Below are positions 62,691 to 64,000 of a stretch of 64,000 nt of DNA, one piece after another (positions within the stretch are counted from its first letter, which is position 1; every line of letters starts with the position of its first letter). Source of the stretch: Paraphysomonas bandaiensis (Eukaryota > Protista > Chrysophyceae); assembly GCA_965644295.1 (NCBI GenBank), contig CBFFRP010000263.1, positions 248,001 through 312,000 on the forward strand, written 5' to 3'. Under the pieces are notes generated by a model that was given only the letters and a program-made list of their open reading frames with translations, had not been told where the DNA came from and searched no databases. The translations under genes and the position numbers were made by a program.

Positions 62691-63551
62691 TCTGAGAGTG
62701 GTATCAGCTCTGCAGCAATCTGATGTATGTGTACGTGTCTGTCTGTCTGTCTGTGTGCTCAGGAGGTGTGATCCACACAACAATGAACACCTCATCCGAT
62801 AAACCACACCTCCTGAGCACTCCTCACTGTCATCAACAATGTCACCATATTAACATCAGAAGATACTAACTCAGAAGATACATGCATCACTCTATATGTA
62901 TGCATGTGTATGGTGTGTTAAGTTATGCATATATATATATTATTGTCATGATGTGCGTGTTGTAAGCACTGCTCGTGCAGTGTGGTTGCGGTGTAGTATG
63001 ATGGGTTCAATGTTCAGGTGGGCTCAAAGCAGGGGGAATAGGAAGTGTTCTAACGTGCACAATCAAACGATGTTATAATGTTTCGTCTGCTTGTACTTGT
63101 TGGACCTCTCTACACGAGTCCACACTCCTCAATCCACTGTATGAGGCTCTGTGCTACAGCCTCGTGACCAAACACTGTCATGAAGACCTTCCTGGAAGGC
63201 AGTTATAAGCCTGCAACTCTGAACCACATAGTAAGAAGTGTCATCTGAGAGTGGTGTGACCTCTGCAGCATTCGGAGGTGTGTGTATGTATGTGTGTGTC
63301 TGTCTGTGTGCTCAGGAGGTGTGATCCACACAACAATGAACACCTCATCCGATAAACCACACCTCCTGAGCACTCCTCACTGTCATCAACAATGTCACCA
63401 TCTAAGCACCAGAAGATACTGACTCAGAAGATCCATCCCTCTATATGTATGTATGTGTGTGTGTGTGTGTTAAGTTATGCATATGTATTATGGTCAAGAT
63501 GTGCGTGTTGTAGTCACTGCTCGTGCAGTGTGGTTGCGGTGTAGTGTGATG
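62691..63551. repeat. Two diverged ~310-bp direct repeats (62691-63003, 63244-63551), each with a perfect 16-bp hairpin
   Basis: GTGCTCAGGAGGTGTG-N34-CACACCTCCTGAGCAC at 62755-62820 and 63308-63373. Confidence 0.85.
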
Positions 63552-63837
63552 CACACCGCGTCCTCATCACACACTCATGACGCGTGTTCGACGCTCTTGT
63601 GGGGCGTTTTTGGTCAAATTCAAATTTTTTTTGTACGTGTTTTTCTATATGTTATGCTGCGCCGTGCTCGATCTGGGCGCACATGCATGTCTAGATGTGT
63701 CCGGTGCGAGGAACATATTTTGAAATGCATGCACTTCATCTCCATGTGCAGTTAGTTTCTATCACATCAACACCATATCAATAGTAGCATGTGATGTGAT
63801 GTGATGTGATGTCATCTGTGATATCCACTCGTGTCAG

Positions 63838-64000
63838 TAGCGGTGGCGACTGCTATTGGCGCAGGGTTGTCATGAAAAGATGTCGACAGAACTTACTTGT
63901 ATGTTATACTGTATATATAATGGTTGCGGAAGGAAACCTGTGACTTCAACTCGCCTCAATAGCGGTGGCGACTGCTATTGGGACAGTGTCGTCATGAAAA
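63838..64000 (+). repeat. ~122-bp-period repeat running off the window end
   Basis: TAGCGGTGGCGACTGCTATTGG..GTCATGAAAA occurs twice. Confidence 0.7.

Noticed and set aside
62071-64000. CRISPR-like array
   Set aside because: Units are full tandem duplications without unique spacers, in a eukaryotic context with no cas genes

Overview
Gene-dense eukaryotic nuclear DNA (~40% GC) with short (about 45-65 nt) canonical GT-AG introns and the standard genetic code. Gene content and style suggest a stramenopile protist, possibly a chrysophyte (inference only). About 18 protein-coding genes are recognisable: ALG11, GT17- and GT18-family glycosyltransferases, a sulfotransferase, a C11orf65/MFI homologue, a CBL-like EF-hand protein, SERINC, a PDR/ABCG transporter, a HET/TIR-like-TPR protein, a Popeye-domain protein, a ~4,000-aa RCC1-LRR-REJ-GPS multi-TM receptor, an RFTS-domain protein, a UBA/RGG prion-like protein and others. 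Mobile DNA comprises a 67-bp-TIR element (5970-9663) containing a non-autonomous Ty1/copia copy apparently integrated with two inverted U3 ends and a clean 5-bp TSD, a pogo-type element carrying captured spliced gene fragments, and a repeat-rich right end with tandemly amplified exon-intron units. The most notable items are the aberrant double-U3 copia insertion, the modular polycystin-like receptor with a perfect 813-bp LRR-module amplification, and the NOD-less HET/TIR-like-TPR candidate immune protein. All family assignments come from motifs recognised by eye, with no database search.
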